64,000 bases of DNA from NCBI RefSeq assembly GCF_009834535.1, contig NC_045698.1, positions 8,868,001-8,932,000 of the forward strand, read 5' to 3'. The DNA is from Camelus ferus (lineage: Eukaryota). A program made the translations under genes and the position numbers. Below, piece by piece: positions 49,010 through 60,853 of this stretch (its first letter is position 1; every line of letters starts with the position of its first letter). The notes below the pieces were generated by a model, which saw nothing but the letters and a program-made list of their open reading frames with translations, was not told where the DNA came from and did no database searches.

Positions 49010-50030
49010 AACAGATTATGGAAGGAGAATATCAGCCAAGAATAGATCTATGGAAAAGCAAAAAAAAAAAAAAAAAAAAAGGGATACATAGGAACTGAAA
49101 AATAACCAATTTTTTTAAATGGAAAGAAGTAGAATGAATATAAAATAATTGAGATACATTACAAAACTCTGAAGATTTGGAATAATATAAAAGATGAACA
49201 TTTAGGAAGAATAAACAAAGCTAAAAAAAGGAAACAGATAAAAATATCCCAATAAAATGAAATCAAGATTGAAACAAACAGACATCCATATGCATCCACA
49301 AACAAATTGACAGTTAAGATAATACTATAAACAAGTATATGCAAAACAATTGAATTAGGAAAAAGGAAAAATTTCTAAAATGTTGTAACTAAAAATTACT
49401 CAAGTTACCCAGTTTAAATACTAAACACGATTAGAACACTAAACATTACATAAATTTGATTGCTACTCAAGCCTCATCACTTTCAAGGCACAAAATCTAG
49501 ATACTTTACAGATGTTTAACTTAAACTTTACAAAAAGGTATCATAGCATCAAAAAAAAAAAATCTCTTCTAGAAATTAGAAAAGCAGTAATTCTAATTCA
49601 CTTTCTAAAGCTAGTAATGTCATAATCAAAACCATGCTATTAAAATTCAGTTAAATATTATGTTAACATCATTTTGCTTAGATGTAAAAAATTCTGAACA
49701 AAATATGAGCAAATCAAATAAGGTATTTCTAAAACAAAATATCATGAGTGTTATGGTTTATTTTAGCCTTGCAAGTATGCTTTAATGTTAGGTAATCATA
49801 AACTATCAGACTAAAGAAGCAAGAACAAGTGATCGTTTCTATTGATCCATAATAAAACGCCATGTCATGAGTAATATTGGAAAAAAATCTTTACCTTGGA
49901 ACAGAATGAAATTTCATTAAATAGGTAAATGTTATCTCTCAAAATCTAACAGCAAACAATGATGTAACCATTCACAAAAAGTAACCAAATATTGGAAATA
50001 AAACAAAAGAATAGCTATGAATCCTTTCAA
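49010..50030 (+). mobile_element. Ancient L1 ORF2 remnant
   Basis: 'aatactataaacaagtatatgcaaa', 'gatgtaaaaaattctgaacaaaatatgagcaaatcaaat' (D.KILNKI.ANQI motif), 'tgcaagtatgctttaatgttagg'. Confidence 0.7.
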
Positions 50031-50483
50031 TTCCATTGGCTCACCCTAAGATTATGTTATTATCAAGAATACACCTGTGTTTGACAGTCATTCATTTATG
50101 AGAGCCTAGGTACTGTGAAATTCCATGTCCACTTGTAAGTTACTATCTATAGAAAAGATAGTCCCCCAGATTATAATGTTTTCCCTGTAGGATGTTAACA
50201 AGTTTTGTTTCTACTTGTAAATTCATTTTAGTCTTCCTTCATTATATATATTTACCTAGGATCCCTAGGATCCTGACTTATCATTTGACAGATTTTCTCA
50301 TTAACTGATGAATAAAAATTTTGACACATTTATTTATATTTGTATGAGTGTTGTGTTTTTAATTTTGAAAATTATGCTTTATCATAACTTAAACAGAAAC
50401 CTGAGAGACATACACATTAAACTGTGGAATAATGTATGCTCACTGCCATCACTATTTTTTGTTATTCCAGTTTCCTTGTGTTC

Positions 50484-50560
50484 TTTTTTTTTTTTTAATT
50501 TGCTTTTTTATTCAAGTATAGTTGGTTTACAATGTTATATTAATTTCTGGTGTACAGCAT
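50484..50560 (-). mobile_element. Very short younger L1 3' end
   Basis: Poly(T) plus 'tattcaagtatagttggtttacaatgttatattaatttctggtgtacagcat'. Confidence 0.85.
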
Positions 50561-51529
50561 CACTTTTATTATACAAGATTAAGCTGTGAGTTTACATTTT
50601 GTTCACTTACAAAGCAATATATATATAAGAAAAGAAACAGAAATGAAAATTGGAAAAGAGGGTATGGAAGTCTCTGCTTTGCAGTATACTATCCTCCAAG
50701 CACATGAGAAAAAAATACATTAACTCAATGAATAATTATTATGTCTTCATAACATGCAAGCCACAACCATGAGGTTTCATCCAGAGTATTTCTCTATGAA
50801 CAGTGACTTTAAAAAAATGGAATAGCTTACATGTTTTATGATATGTTTTGAAACAAGTGATGATATAATTTGACAAATTTCATTTAGCTTTTTTAGTAGA
50901 AAGGGACCCATTATATGCGGATGCTTTTGTCATCCCTTAATTCATGCTACAGGTGTTTATTAAACACTCTGCACCAGGCACTTGCCATCAATGTGGTGGT
51001 CAACTCTAGGTAGCTCATCTAAGAACACTGTCCATCTGATCACCCAGGGAAAGACTGCCAGATGGATTAAGACTTCAAAAACACCTGAAACCTACTGAAC
51101 ATTTCTATGCGTCCTAAAAACTTGACTTGCAGTGCTTCCTGTCTAAGAAGAATTGGTAAAATCACCAACCCAGGACGTCAGAACTGCATCCTAGAAATCA
51201 TGTTTGACTCGTCCACCTCCATCCTCCTTCACCATCATTCACCCTCTCAATGTTTCTCATATTTTTTCACTTTTCTACCATCCTTGCTTCTTCAGCTGTA
51301 ATCAGGACAACTAATTGGGTTCTAATAAAAAGCTGGACACAGAGCCATTGGAAGGTCTTTTAAAAAGTAAATATCTTGTGCTATTACCTTACCACAAAAC
51401 ACAACACAGCAAAACAGAACAAGCAGAAAAAAACAAAACCAAAACCCCAGAATGTATCAATATGTACAATAATAGTAATAATAAATTAAACCAAGTAGTT
51501 TTCTCATTTTTTTTCTATCTCATACTACT

Positions 51530-51757
51530 CAAAGTGTGGCCAATGGGCTATTTTTTTTTGCCCTCAAAATATTTATTAATCAGTTAAACTGAATAAGTAA
51601 ACAGAAATTAAGAGTAAGAGTTTAGAAGCTGTAAAACAATTTGATATTACCATGACAATTTATTTTATTTTACCAAACTATCCCGCTGGACAGATTAGAA
51701 AAAAAAAAAAAAAGTTTTTAAACAGTATTTCACCAAAAATATTTCAAGAAGCATTTT
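51530..51757. mobile_element. hAT-Charlie element (Charlie4-like)
   Basis: 'ctactcaaagtgtggcc...acagaaattaagagtaagagtttagaagct..aaaacaatttgatattaccatgaca...cacca...tttcaagaagcat'. Confidence 0.6.
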
Positions 51758-51778
51758 CTAGCTAATAGAATGACTAAA

Positions 51779-51870
51779 ATTATTAAGTTAGAACATATGA
51801 GAAATTGCCAGTTTAATATGTTTTATAAACTAGCTATTCAGTAAATATTGTGTCTCACATTCTCATATTA
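51779..51870. mobile_element. Possible MADE2-like mariner MITE
   Basis: 'tattaagttagaacatatgagaaattgcca' resembles the MADE2 end; inverted pair atatgagaa/ttctcatat. Confidence 0.3.
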
Positions 51871-52442
51871 CATGTAGTAAAATTAACAGCTTGGAGTGTC
51901 CCATTTTTGGAAGTAGGGAAAAACTAGATAACCACTAGGCAAGTAAGAATTCTCAATGTGTATTGAAGACAGGCTTATATAATCTCTAAGTTTCCCTCCT
52001 ACTCAATCTTTCTGTGTACAAAAACATCAGGTCTAGGCAATATTTTCATTATTTTTCTTACATTTCTTTTCAAATGATAAAATTTTTTTTTTACATTACT
52101 TAGATTCATATACATGGCGACTGCATATTTTAGCTTTAGTGATAGAATAAGGGGTTTTGTTTGTTTATTTATTTTTTGTTTTTGTTTTTGCCAGCAAGGG
52201 CAAAAATGAATTGACATTTCTGTGTTCTCAATATACTGACCCGATTGTTTTCACTTTTCTAACGAGAAAACCTACAGGTAAGATTGTTAGGTTAGCTTGA
52301 TTTATAATATAGATGCCTGTTCCCTGCAACAAGAGGAGACATGGGTCAGGGAACCAATTATTTCACCCTCTCCTCTTCCTAACTGTCAGACAACAGAAAT
52401 TTCTGACCTCTAATAAGAAAATATACCTTTAGCTCCAACCCT

Positions 52443-52505
52443 GTTTGCTGTACACCAGAATCTAACACAACATTGTAAATCAGATACACTTCAATAAAAA
52501 ATAAA
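52443..52505 (+). mobile_element. Very short younger L1 3' end
   Basis: 'tttgctgtacaccagaatctaacacaacattgtaaatcagatacacttcaataaaaaataaa'; flanks ctccaaccct/ctccattccct look like a TSD. Confidence 0.85.
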
Positions 52506-53109
52506 CTCCATTCCCTTAAGAAATTAACATTTTTGTAACAATAATAAAAATAAAATATTTTAAACGCAAAAATCTTTAAATATAAAAAAAGAAAATATAC
52601 ATTTAACCAGTGTTTTTTTAGGGAATAATTTATAATAGGTTTCATCTTTGGTTTATTGTTTTCCAGAGGCTTCTATTTTCTCATTACTTTTTTATAATTT
52701 TATTCGAAGTTACTATTGTTGCTTTAAGCCCGAATGTATTTGTTTTTCCTCACTGTTTTGAAAATGGGTCCAGCTACTGCCCCTGTAACAGAAACAAGAA
52801 TGAAATAGATAATCAGTGTAGTGTTTTTTATTGCCCCAGTGGGATTTCTTTCCTGATTAAAAATTAAAGGTGGCAATAAGATTTTTAAATTTCCTTTTAA
52901 GTGAAAATATTTCTCTATACTGGAAATCTGTCATAATGAGCAGGTATGGCCATTAACTATTATTATAAATGAACTACTTTATAGTAATTGAAACAGCAAT
53001 GAGGTGTAGAGGGCTAAGCTCATGTCACTTGTTCTGAGGGGAGTCATGTTTTACCTGTTAGGCAAAGTTTTTTGATATGGACTTATACTGATATCTGTGC
53101 ATATCTGTG

Positions 53110-53400
53110 AATTAATCAAGAAAAGTTTATGGGCATCCATTATGTGCACTGAACTGTGGGAGGCACACACACGGGAGGAAATAAATTATGAAAGTTATCA
53201 CCTAACACTTCATTTGTAAAACAAAAAATACTGGTATTCACATGAAAATGGATTTTGCTGGGAGTCTGCTAGCGCTGTGCACAGAAAATGCACATTTCAG
53301 AGTTCATAGAAGAGAGAGATCAAGGTGAGGATGGTTAGAGAAGCTTTTGTGGATGACAAGACTTTGAAGAAAGAATACAATTTACAAAGTAAAGGATTTT
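53110..53400 (-). mobile_element. L2 3' fragment
   Basis: 'atcaagaaaagtttatgggcatccattatgtgc...gagttcatagaagagagagatc...gagaagcttttgtggatga'. Confidence 0.6.
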
Positions 53401-53747
53401 TAGTTAAATAAAACTTTCGAAATAACTATCAAAAAAGGAACGCTTCACTTATAATGGACAACGGTGGTAGCCTTGGTGATGTGTATACACATTAGAGATG
53501 CTTGAAGACCCTATTTTTCATTCAAATACCCACATTACCTCCATAGACTCACTCTACTCTTTAAATAGAGCAAGATTTGTACAAAATAAAATATGACAAA
53601 CAAGGATCAAATTCAGCCTTGCAAATGACCAATTTGACTTCACATTTGATTGGTAAAACTGGTCCGGAGAATAAAAGCCACCATAATGTTCTGAATGTTT
53701 ACCTAAAGCTTTCAGCGGAAGCTTATTTATTCCTCACCAGGGAATAA

Positions 53748-53790
53748 GGTTTGATATTGTTACTTCTGTTACGGTTTGATATTGTTACTT
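53748..53790 (+). repeat. Perfect 18-bp direct repeat with a 7-bp spacer
   Basis: ggtttgatattgttactt at 53748-53765 and 53773-53790; spacer ctgttac. Confidence 0.95.
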
Positions 53791-55944
53791 ATAATATGCT
53801 CTTTCCTTCTTTTTGCGTATTTTATACATTTGGGAAGGTGATTAGTTTTGTTGCATGTTTGAACACCTTGAACATCCGGCACTGAAGGTAACTTTTTAAT
53901 CTTTTTTGCAAAATGCTGAATATTTTGTTTGGACACAGTATGTTAGAATAGTGACAGGGTCAGTAGGCGTGGCATTGTGGGATGGAGGGGGACTGTTAAA
54001 GAAAAGGCTGACAGGAATATCTTTGAAAAAATCCTACAGAAATTTTCTCCCGTGTATCCCTGACACAGAGAATCTCAGCTTCCCTGAGAAATAATGGTTC
54101 GTGGAAAACAGATTGTAGAAAACCCATTAATAAATATCTTTCATTAGATCTTAGGCCACTGGTTAGAAGTTTATTTGTCATCAAGAATAATGGCATATAA
54201 TTTTCCTCTCCGGAGAGGAAAAACTACTCAATCATTCAGTAGGTACTATTATATTTTGGTGAATAGGTGTGGCAAAACCTCTTGTCATTTCAAGTCAGTA
54301 AAACTACTTCTCTTAAAAATCCTGCTCACAATCTCTAGATGAATATACAACATCCACTTACATTCATAAAAGTCAGTATGTTCCTAGATCGCTTATAATT
54401 TTATGTTACAGTTTTAAAATACGAACATCTAAAAACATTTATTTGGATTCTTCTCAAAAATAAAGCCAGATAACAAAATGATGAGTTTCCTAATATGTGG
54501 AACATATTAAGATGTGCATACACATAACATGAGAAGTAGCACTTCATCTAAAAAAAGGCTTTCATAATTTTGATTTTATGAGTCAAGTCCAGTGAACTAG
54601 CCAAATTTTTTGAAGACTGGGACGGACACTTCCACTAAAAAAAGAGCCGTTATTTGCTGTAAAATCACAAATTGTATTTCAATTTCCTAATGTAAAAGTC
54701 ATCTTATTTTGCAGAGGCTTAGCTATTTTATGGATTTTTTTCTAACTAAATTTCTATAATGTAAAGCCCTACAGCCCACGTCTAAATCTTACAGCTAGAT
54801 GTAGTGTTCTTTAGACCTAATACTTTCGTATACGTTGTATCATACTTACTTTAATTATTAAAGAATTCAGCAATGCAATTTTTGCCTTCGGTTCTATTTA
54901 TGAGTTGCCCTGCATGAGATATGTTGGAAATATAGCACATGCGACTTAATTATGTATCGTCTGTTGAATATTACATGCTTGCAATGACAATGCCAACTTT
55001 TCAAACAGCTTTACGGCACATTTCTACAAAACTGAAGTCTTATGTTCCCAGTCTGCAAACTCCGATAGACAAGCCAGGAATCAAAGAATGAGCACCACAC
55101 AGGTTGTGATTCTAGGCTGTAGATATTCCAATCATCAGGCTAATAAAGGTAAATTATTGCATGGAGAAGCCAACCCTCTTCATTTGTTTTGGAAGTCATT
55201 ACGTGGGCTTTCGGCAGCAGATTTAACCTACCACGTAAGTTTTTGTAATGTTTGACGTATTTTTACATTTCCTTCCTATTCATTCACTTGAGGAAATCAA
55301 GAAAGTCTCTCAGTACAGATCTGAGAGGCTGAAAGAATCCGAACTTGGATTCAGAGTTTGCTACATTTAATGGGAAGGGAGAAAACCGTAGGTGAGTAAT
55401 TATGAAAGTGAGAATTTACCTTCTGTAGACGATCATGCATGATTTGCCAGCCATTCATCTGCTAGTTTTGTAAAAGAATCAGTCAAGGATACTTTTAAAA
55501 TTCTCATCCACTCCTTGGCCTTATATCCTTCTTGAATTTTTTTCCCTGAAAATAATTCAAGACTTTTAATATTTAATATTAAGTTTTGAAAATGGTCGCA
55601 TTGGAATTCTGGTCACTTGTGGGCAAGGTGTTAGAGTGAATCTTTCATTTCTCCAAAGAGCACGTGATGCAACTTCTGCTGTTAGAAATTTAGCTCCTCC
55701 GAAAGCTATCATTTTGTGTTGTGCCAATATTTTAGAAATATAACATTTTAAAAGTAGTCCTCCTTACAGCCAGGCAAATACAGTGCCAAGAGCATTGATT
55801 TATCAGGGGCATGACTCCAATTTAATGAACAGAATAGTGATTCTCACTTTTTTAAGAACCATAGTAATAATCTTTTTAATGTTTATAGCTTTAATCTTAC
55901 TTTGCAGTATTTTAAAGTCATTTTGCCTTTTGATAAACTTAGAG

Positions 55945-56165
55945 GAAAGTAAACAAGAGCCTGACAACCTTGGCTCAACTCTAGTCCCCACCACTTACTA
56001 ACTTTATAGCCTCTGGGAAGCCATTTGGTTTCCCAAAGAGAATGTTGAGCTGTTTATCAAACGAGATCAAAATAAACTTTGTCTCTCGTGACTATAAATT
56101 GGATCACAATACATGATAATGCACATAAAATTCTGTTCAAACTTGTATTGTGAAAGCTATATTAT
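55945..56165 (+). mobile_element. MIR/MIR3 SINE
   Basis: 'gacaaccttggctcaactctagtccccaccacttactaactttatagcctctgggaagccattt'. Confidence 0.7.
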
Positions 56166-56342
56166 AAAATTTAAGATAATTCCAGTGAATACATAGGAAG
56201 TTCACAGGACACATGACAAAAGAATTATAACCAAATCTATAGTTCCTGCTCTAATGTGTCTGTTAGAATTGATCAATGAAAAAATATAATCTCTATAATC
56301 TTCTAGTTGCTTTAGTGGAATAAACATGAAATAAACACACTT

Positions 56343-56374
56343 GTGCGTGCGCGCGCACACACACACACGCACAC
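56343..56374 (+). repeat. Alternating purine-pyrimidine tract (GT/GC/AC)
   Basis: gtgcgtgcgcgcgcacacacacacacgcacac read directly. Confidence 0.9.
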
Positions 56375-56609
56375 TGTATTATCACTGCCATGAAGCAGTT
56401 TACATTCCAGTTACAGGTGAAAGATGAGCACTCACTTGGGGTCTGTACAGAATCCTATATATTGAAACGTTAATTGGAGTAACATATCCAGACACCATGC
56501 AGGATGAGATTTCAAGGTAAAGGCAATCTCTGTGGGCAGTAGAGTGTCTCGGGCCACGTTAGAGAAATGTTCAAGCACCCAATGCAGTGGTTTAGGTTTG
56601 CAAATCAGT

Positions 56610-56920
56610 GAGGGTCTCTATATACTTACCCCTGGCCCCATACCTCACCAGTTTCCTCCCTGCTCTCTGATTTCCTGGCTCTCTTCTCCCAAGATTACTC
56701 TTGCCTGAAGCATCTTCCCTCTGCCTGACATATTCTTTCTCAAGGAGGCACCATGACTCGCTTCCTCCCTTTAGTCAGGTCTCTGTTCATATGTTCCTTG
56801 CGCACAGCGCCTCCCGGGGCTTCCCTGGATGAAACAGCTGCTCTGTCCTGAGCCAGCCCACTCTCTGCCCTTCCCCGACGCCGCTGTTGCCATAGCACCG
56901 ATCACTCACTGACTATATGC
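56610..56920 (+). mobile_element. L2a fragment
   Basis: 'ttccctctgcctgacatattctttc...catgactcgcttcctccctttagtcaggtctctgttcatatgt...catagcac'. Confidence 0.7.
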
Positions 56921-57324
56921 CGTGCGGTTTTGCAAGCATTTGAGAGGTGAGCGCTATGATCTGCCAATCCAGGTACTGAGAAAAAGAGACGTCAACTGAA
57001 TGTCTGATGGTGGCACATTTGACAGTGCCGCCAGGATTTGAGCTCTTTTAGACAAATATTCCAGAGTTTGATAATTATCCACCTTTTCTAACTGAGATCA
57101 ATGAGTACATAGTCCCGACTTGACCCACTTTCGCCCACAAGCAGACATTTCTAATCGCAGGTTATGTTTAAGTGAGAAAAATCACTTCTGACTAATATTT
57201 GGAATTCTTTAAGACTCACGTTTGGGATGAACAGCTCAAGTGTTTATCTCACGTTTCATTATTTTTTGTTCCTCCTTATAACGACTTGCTCAAACCTGTC
57301 ATGCAGTATAGTAAGTGGAAAACT

Positions 57325-57438
57325 GCTGTAGTTTAAAGAATGGACCCTGGAACCAGAAGCCCGGGTGTCAAGCCCAGATGCTCCTCCTGGGGTGGCACCT
57401 GGGGAAATTCACTTACTCTCGGGGCCTGCATTTCATCA
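57325..57438 (+). mobile_element. MIR fragment
   Basis: 'tttaaagaatggaccctggaaccagaagcccgggtgtcaagcccag...cctggggaaattcacttactctcggggcctgcatttc'. Confidence 0.7.
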
Positions 57439-57514
57439 GGCTGGCTTTGCACAAACACAATATACGTATTAGTGCAACAAGGTTGTATTGCTTTGTACTG
57501 TATGTATTTGAGAT

Positions 57515-57636
57515 ACTTTAAAATTGCTTTTGTTTTAGAATAGATTTACATTGAAGTGACAAAGGGACTTAAGAGATTTTCTGCATACCCATCATTCAGC
57601 TTCCCTTGGTGTTAACATGCCGTATCACTGTGGTCC
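57515..57636 (-). mobile_element. L1MB/L1MC-type 3' end
   Basis: 'ttagaatagatttacattgaagtgacaaag...gcataccccatcattcagcttccc..gtgttaacat'. Confidence 0.6.
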
Positions 57637-57637
57637 T

Positions 57638-57840
57638 TAGAAAGTAGATTAGTGGTTGCGAGGGGCCAGGGGATATCTGAGGGCATAAGGGGTTGAAAAC
57701 TAAAACATACAAGGATTCTTTTAGAGGTGAGGAAAATACTCTAATATTGACTATGGCGATGTTTGTGCACATCTGTGAATATATTTTAAAAATTGTATAT
57801 TTAAATAGGTAAATTGTACATAAATAACACTTTAAAAACT
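57638..57840 (+). mobile_element. L1MB-type 3' end
   Basis: 'agaaagtagattagtggttgc.agggg...ttcttttagaggtgaggaaaatactctaa...tctgtgaatata...ttgtatatttaaataggtaaattgta'. Confidence 0.8.
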
Positions 57841-58653
57841 AGGAATTTCCTCCAAAAATTACTTTAAATATTGAAACGTATGATTAGATCAGGTTAATCA
57901 TATCTTGGAATGGATAGAGAACCACAGGGCTGTTGCACCACAGAGAAACTGAACTTGCTGACATAAAGTGAGAAGAGAAAATGTCTAGAAAATATGGTAC
58001 GTGTAGATGCCCGTGGTTTAGGAGAGTGCTTATGTCACATTCCCTGATAGTATGACTTAGGATCACAACATGAACAAAAGAGAAAGTAGGAGGGTGGACT
58101 TTCTGAATCCCAATGACCAGGCAGGTGACGTCAGCTGTCTGCCTGCCACAGGCTGGGTGGGGTTCAAGGAAGAACCTTTGTCTTCAGGCAGAAGAAACTA
58201 GGAAAAGAAGGGGGGATTTTTTTTTTTTTTTAAAGAAAAGCTTTAGTTTTATCAGTATATTAGAATGAGAAATGAAAAGTTGGTCCTAAAGCTAAAATCG
58301 AGTGATATGCACAGGATCGTCAGGTTAGCAAAGCCCCAACATTTACGGTGCACTTACTTTGTTTAGACATGGGCTCACGGAATAGAAGAGAAAGGTCAAG
58401 CGTGGCTATTTTGGGTTCCAGAAAATTTCCATCACAGATCAGTATTGAAAAAGGAAGGAAGTCAGGAATTAACAATGTGAGATTCTCTTGTTATATTTGA
58501 TGTAAACTAGTCAGTTTACTAGAGATTAGGGGAAGTGTCATAAGGGGATAAAGGGACCCATCAGGGTGGCTTGCTTATAACCCACTTGAAATATATGGAA
58601 TGCATTTTTTAAAGAAATCACTTTTAATCATACAAAAAAATCATTTATTTCTG

Positions 58654-59541
58654 GTTATGATCCCTTTTGGGTTCTTGGTTCTCTTTAGGACCCAATTCCA
58701 AGATGTGTATTTGTATGTGTGTGGGTGGGGGGTGCTTTTCTACACCATCAATAAGCAATTCTGGGACAGCAGCTGGATGTCCTATAAGTCAACTCAATTC
58801 TGACACTCTACCCAAAGATAGCCTCAGATTCACATTAAGGGTCCAGTCCCACAGGACTGTCCGGAGCTCCACACCACTTCAAGTGTCAGTTGCAAACATA
58901 GGTTGTTACCTGTACTTCTGACCAACTGGCTATAAATCAGAGAATCCCTTAACCTCCTCCTTAAATTCGATTAATTTGATAGAGCAGCTCACAAAACTCA
59001 GAAAAACATTTTCCTTAATGGATTCCTTGTATATTATAAGAGGATATGATAAAGGATACAGATAAACATCCAAATGGAAGACATGCATAGGGGAAGGTTT
59101 GAGGAAAAGATGCAGAGCTTCCATGCTTCTTGGAGGGCACCACTGTCCCCCAAAACCTCCACCTGTTCACCAATCTGAAAGCTCTCGAAACTCAGCCCTT
59201 GTGGGTTTTTACAGAGGCTTCATTACAAAGATGCAGCTAATTAGATCCCCTGGCAACTGATTCAACCTTGAGTCCTTCTCCCATCCCTGCAGTTCAGGGT
59301 GTGGTACTGAAAGTTCCAGCCCTCTAATCACATGGTTGGTTCTCCTGGCAACAAGTTCCCATCCTCAGTTGTGGTCCAAAAGTCATCTCATTAAGACACT
59401 CTTATGGCTCTAATCACCTAGGAAATTCCACGAGTTTTAGAAGCTCTGTGCCAGAAACAGGGATAAAAATCAAACATGTGTTTCTAAATACTATTTGATA
59501 AAAATCAAACATATATTTCTTATTATAAGTTACAGTATCAC
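58654..59541 (-). mobile_element. MER21-like LTR
   Basis: 'caattctgggacagcagctggatgtcctat..tcaactcaattctgacact...acttctgaccaactggctataaatcag...gagcagctcacaaaactcag...ctgaaagttccagccctctaatcacatggttggtt...ggaaattcca.gagttttagaagctctgtgccagaaac'. Confidence 0.85.
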
Positions 59542-59792
59542 CTGATCTCACCCCTAAAGTGACATTTCTTAATCAGTTACTGATAGCCATGTCATATTTA
59601 TACTCTTAAAATTCTATTGACGATGGCGAGTTAGCATCAAAAATATAAAAATGGTTAAATAATTCTGAAAACTAAATTTTTGAGTCACGTGTTTGTTGGG
59701 AGGAAGGTTCTTGATGCATCTTCTAGTGGAAAATAGAAACATTAGTGGTTGAATAAAATTTGGCGTAGAATTAAAAGAGCTGTTTCAATACA

Positions 59793-60853
59793 TTTTATTT
59801 ATTTTTTATTGAGGTATAGTTGATTTACAATATTAGTTTTAGGTGTACAACATGGTGATTCAAAATTTTATAGATTATATTCCATTTATAGTTATTATAA
59901 AATATCGGACATACCCCCTGTGTTGTACAGTATATCCTTGTAGCTTATTTATTTTACACATAGATGTTTGTACCTCTCTCTCTACCCCTACCCCTACCTT
60001 GCCCCTTCCACCTTCTTTCCCCCCACTGGTAACCACTGCTTTGTTCTTTATATTGGTGAGTCTGTTTCTTTTTTGTTATATTCACTAGTTTATTTTTTAG
60101 ATTTCACATATTAGGGATACATATAGTATATGTCTTTCTCTGATTTATTTCATTAAGTTTAATACCCTTTAGGGCACTGATGTTGCAAATATCAAAATTT
60201 CATTCTTCTTTTTTTTACCGCTGAATAATATTCCATTGTATTTATATATCATATCCTTCTTATCCATCCCTCTGTTGATGGACACTTAGGTTGCTTCTAT
60301 ATCTTGGCTATTGTAAATAAGGCTGCTGTGAACATTGAGGTGCATGTATCTTTTCAAATTAGTGGGGTTTTTTTTTTTTTGCTTTTTCGTATATGTATAT
60401 ATACACAGGAGTGGAATTGCTGGTAGTTCTATTTTTAGTCTTTTCAGGGAGCTCCATACAGCTTTTCATAGTGGCTGCACCAATTTACATTCCTGCCAAC
60501 AGTGTACAAGTGTTCCCTTTTCTCCACATCCTCGCCAACATTTGTTATTTGTGTTATTTTTGACGATGGCCATTCTGACATGTGTGAAGTGATACCTCAT
60601 TGTTCTTTTGATTTATAATTCTCTGATGATTAGTGATGTTACGCATCCTTTCATGTGCCTGCTGGCCATCTGTATGTCTTCTTTGCAGGAATGTCTATTC
60701 CGGTCTTCTGCTCATTTTTCAATCCGGTTGTTTGGTTTGTTTTTTTTCTTTTTTTGGTAGTGAGTAGTATGAACTGTTTATATATTTTCAATATTAATAC
60801 CTTAACTGATAGGTCATATCATCTGCAAACATTTTCTCTCACTCAGTAGGTTG
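59793..60853 (-). mobile_element. Younger L1, ~1.06-kb 5'-truncated 3' end
   Basis: Well preserved antisense L1: 'tttattgaggtatagttgatttacaatattag...ggctgcaccaatttacattcc..ccaacagtgtacaag.gttcccttttctccacatcctcgccaaca'; imperfect TSD tgtttcaatac (59781-59791)/tgcttcaacac (60869-60879). Confidence 0.95.

Noticed and set aside
54850..54909. 60-nt minus-strand exon candidate (catgcag|...|gtaagtatg)
   Set aside because: Stop codons in all three frames and a weak acceptor; kept only as part of the 54.3-55.5 kb block
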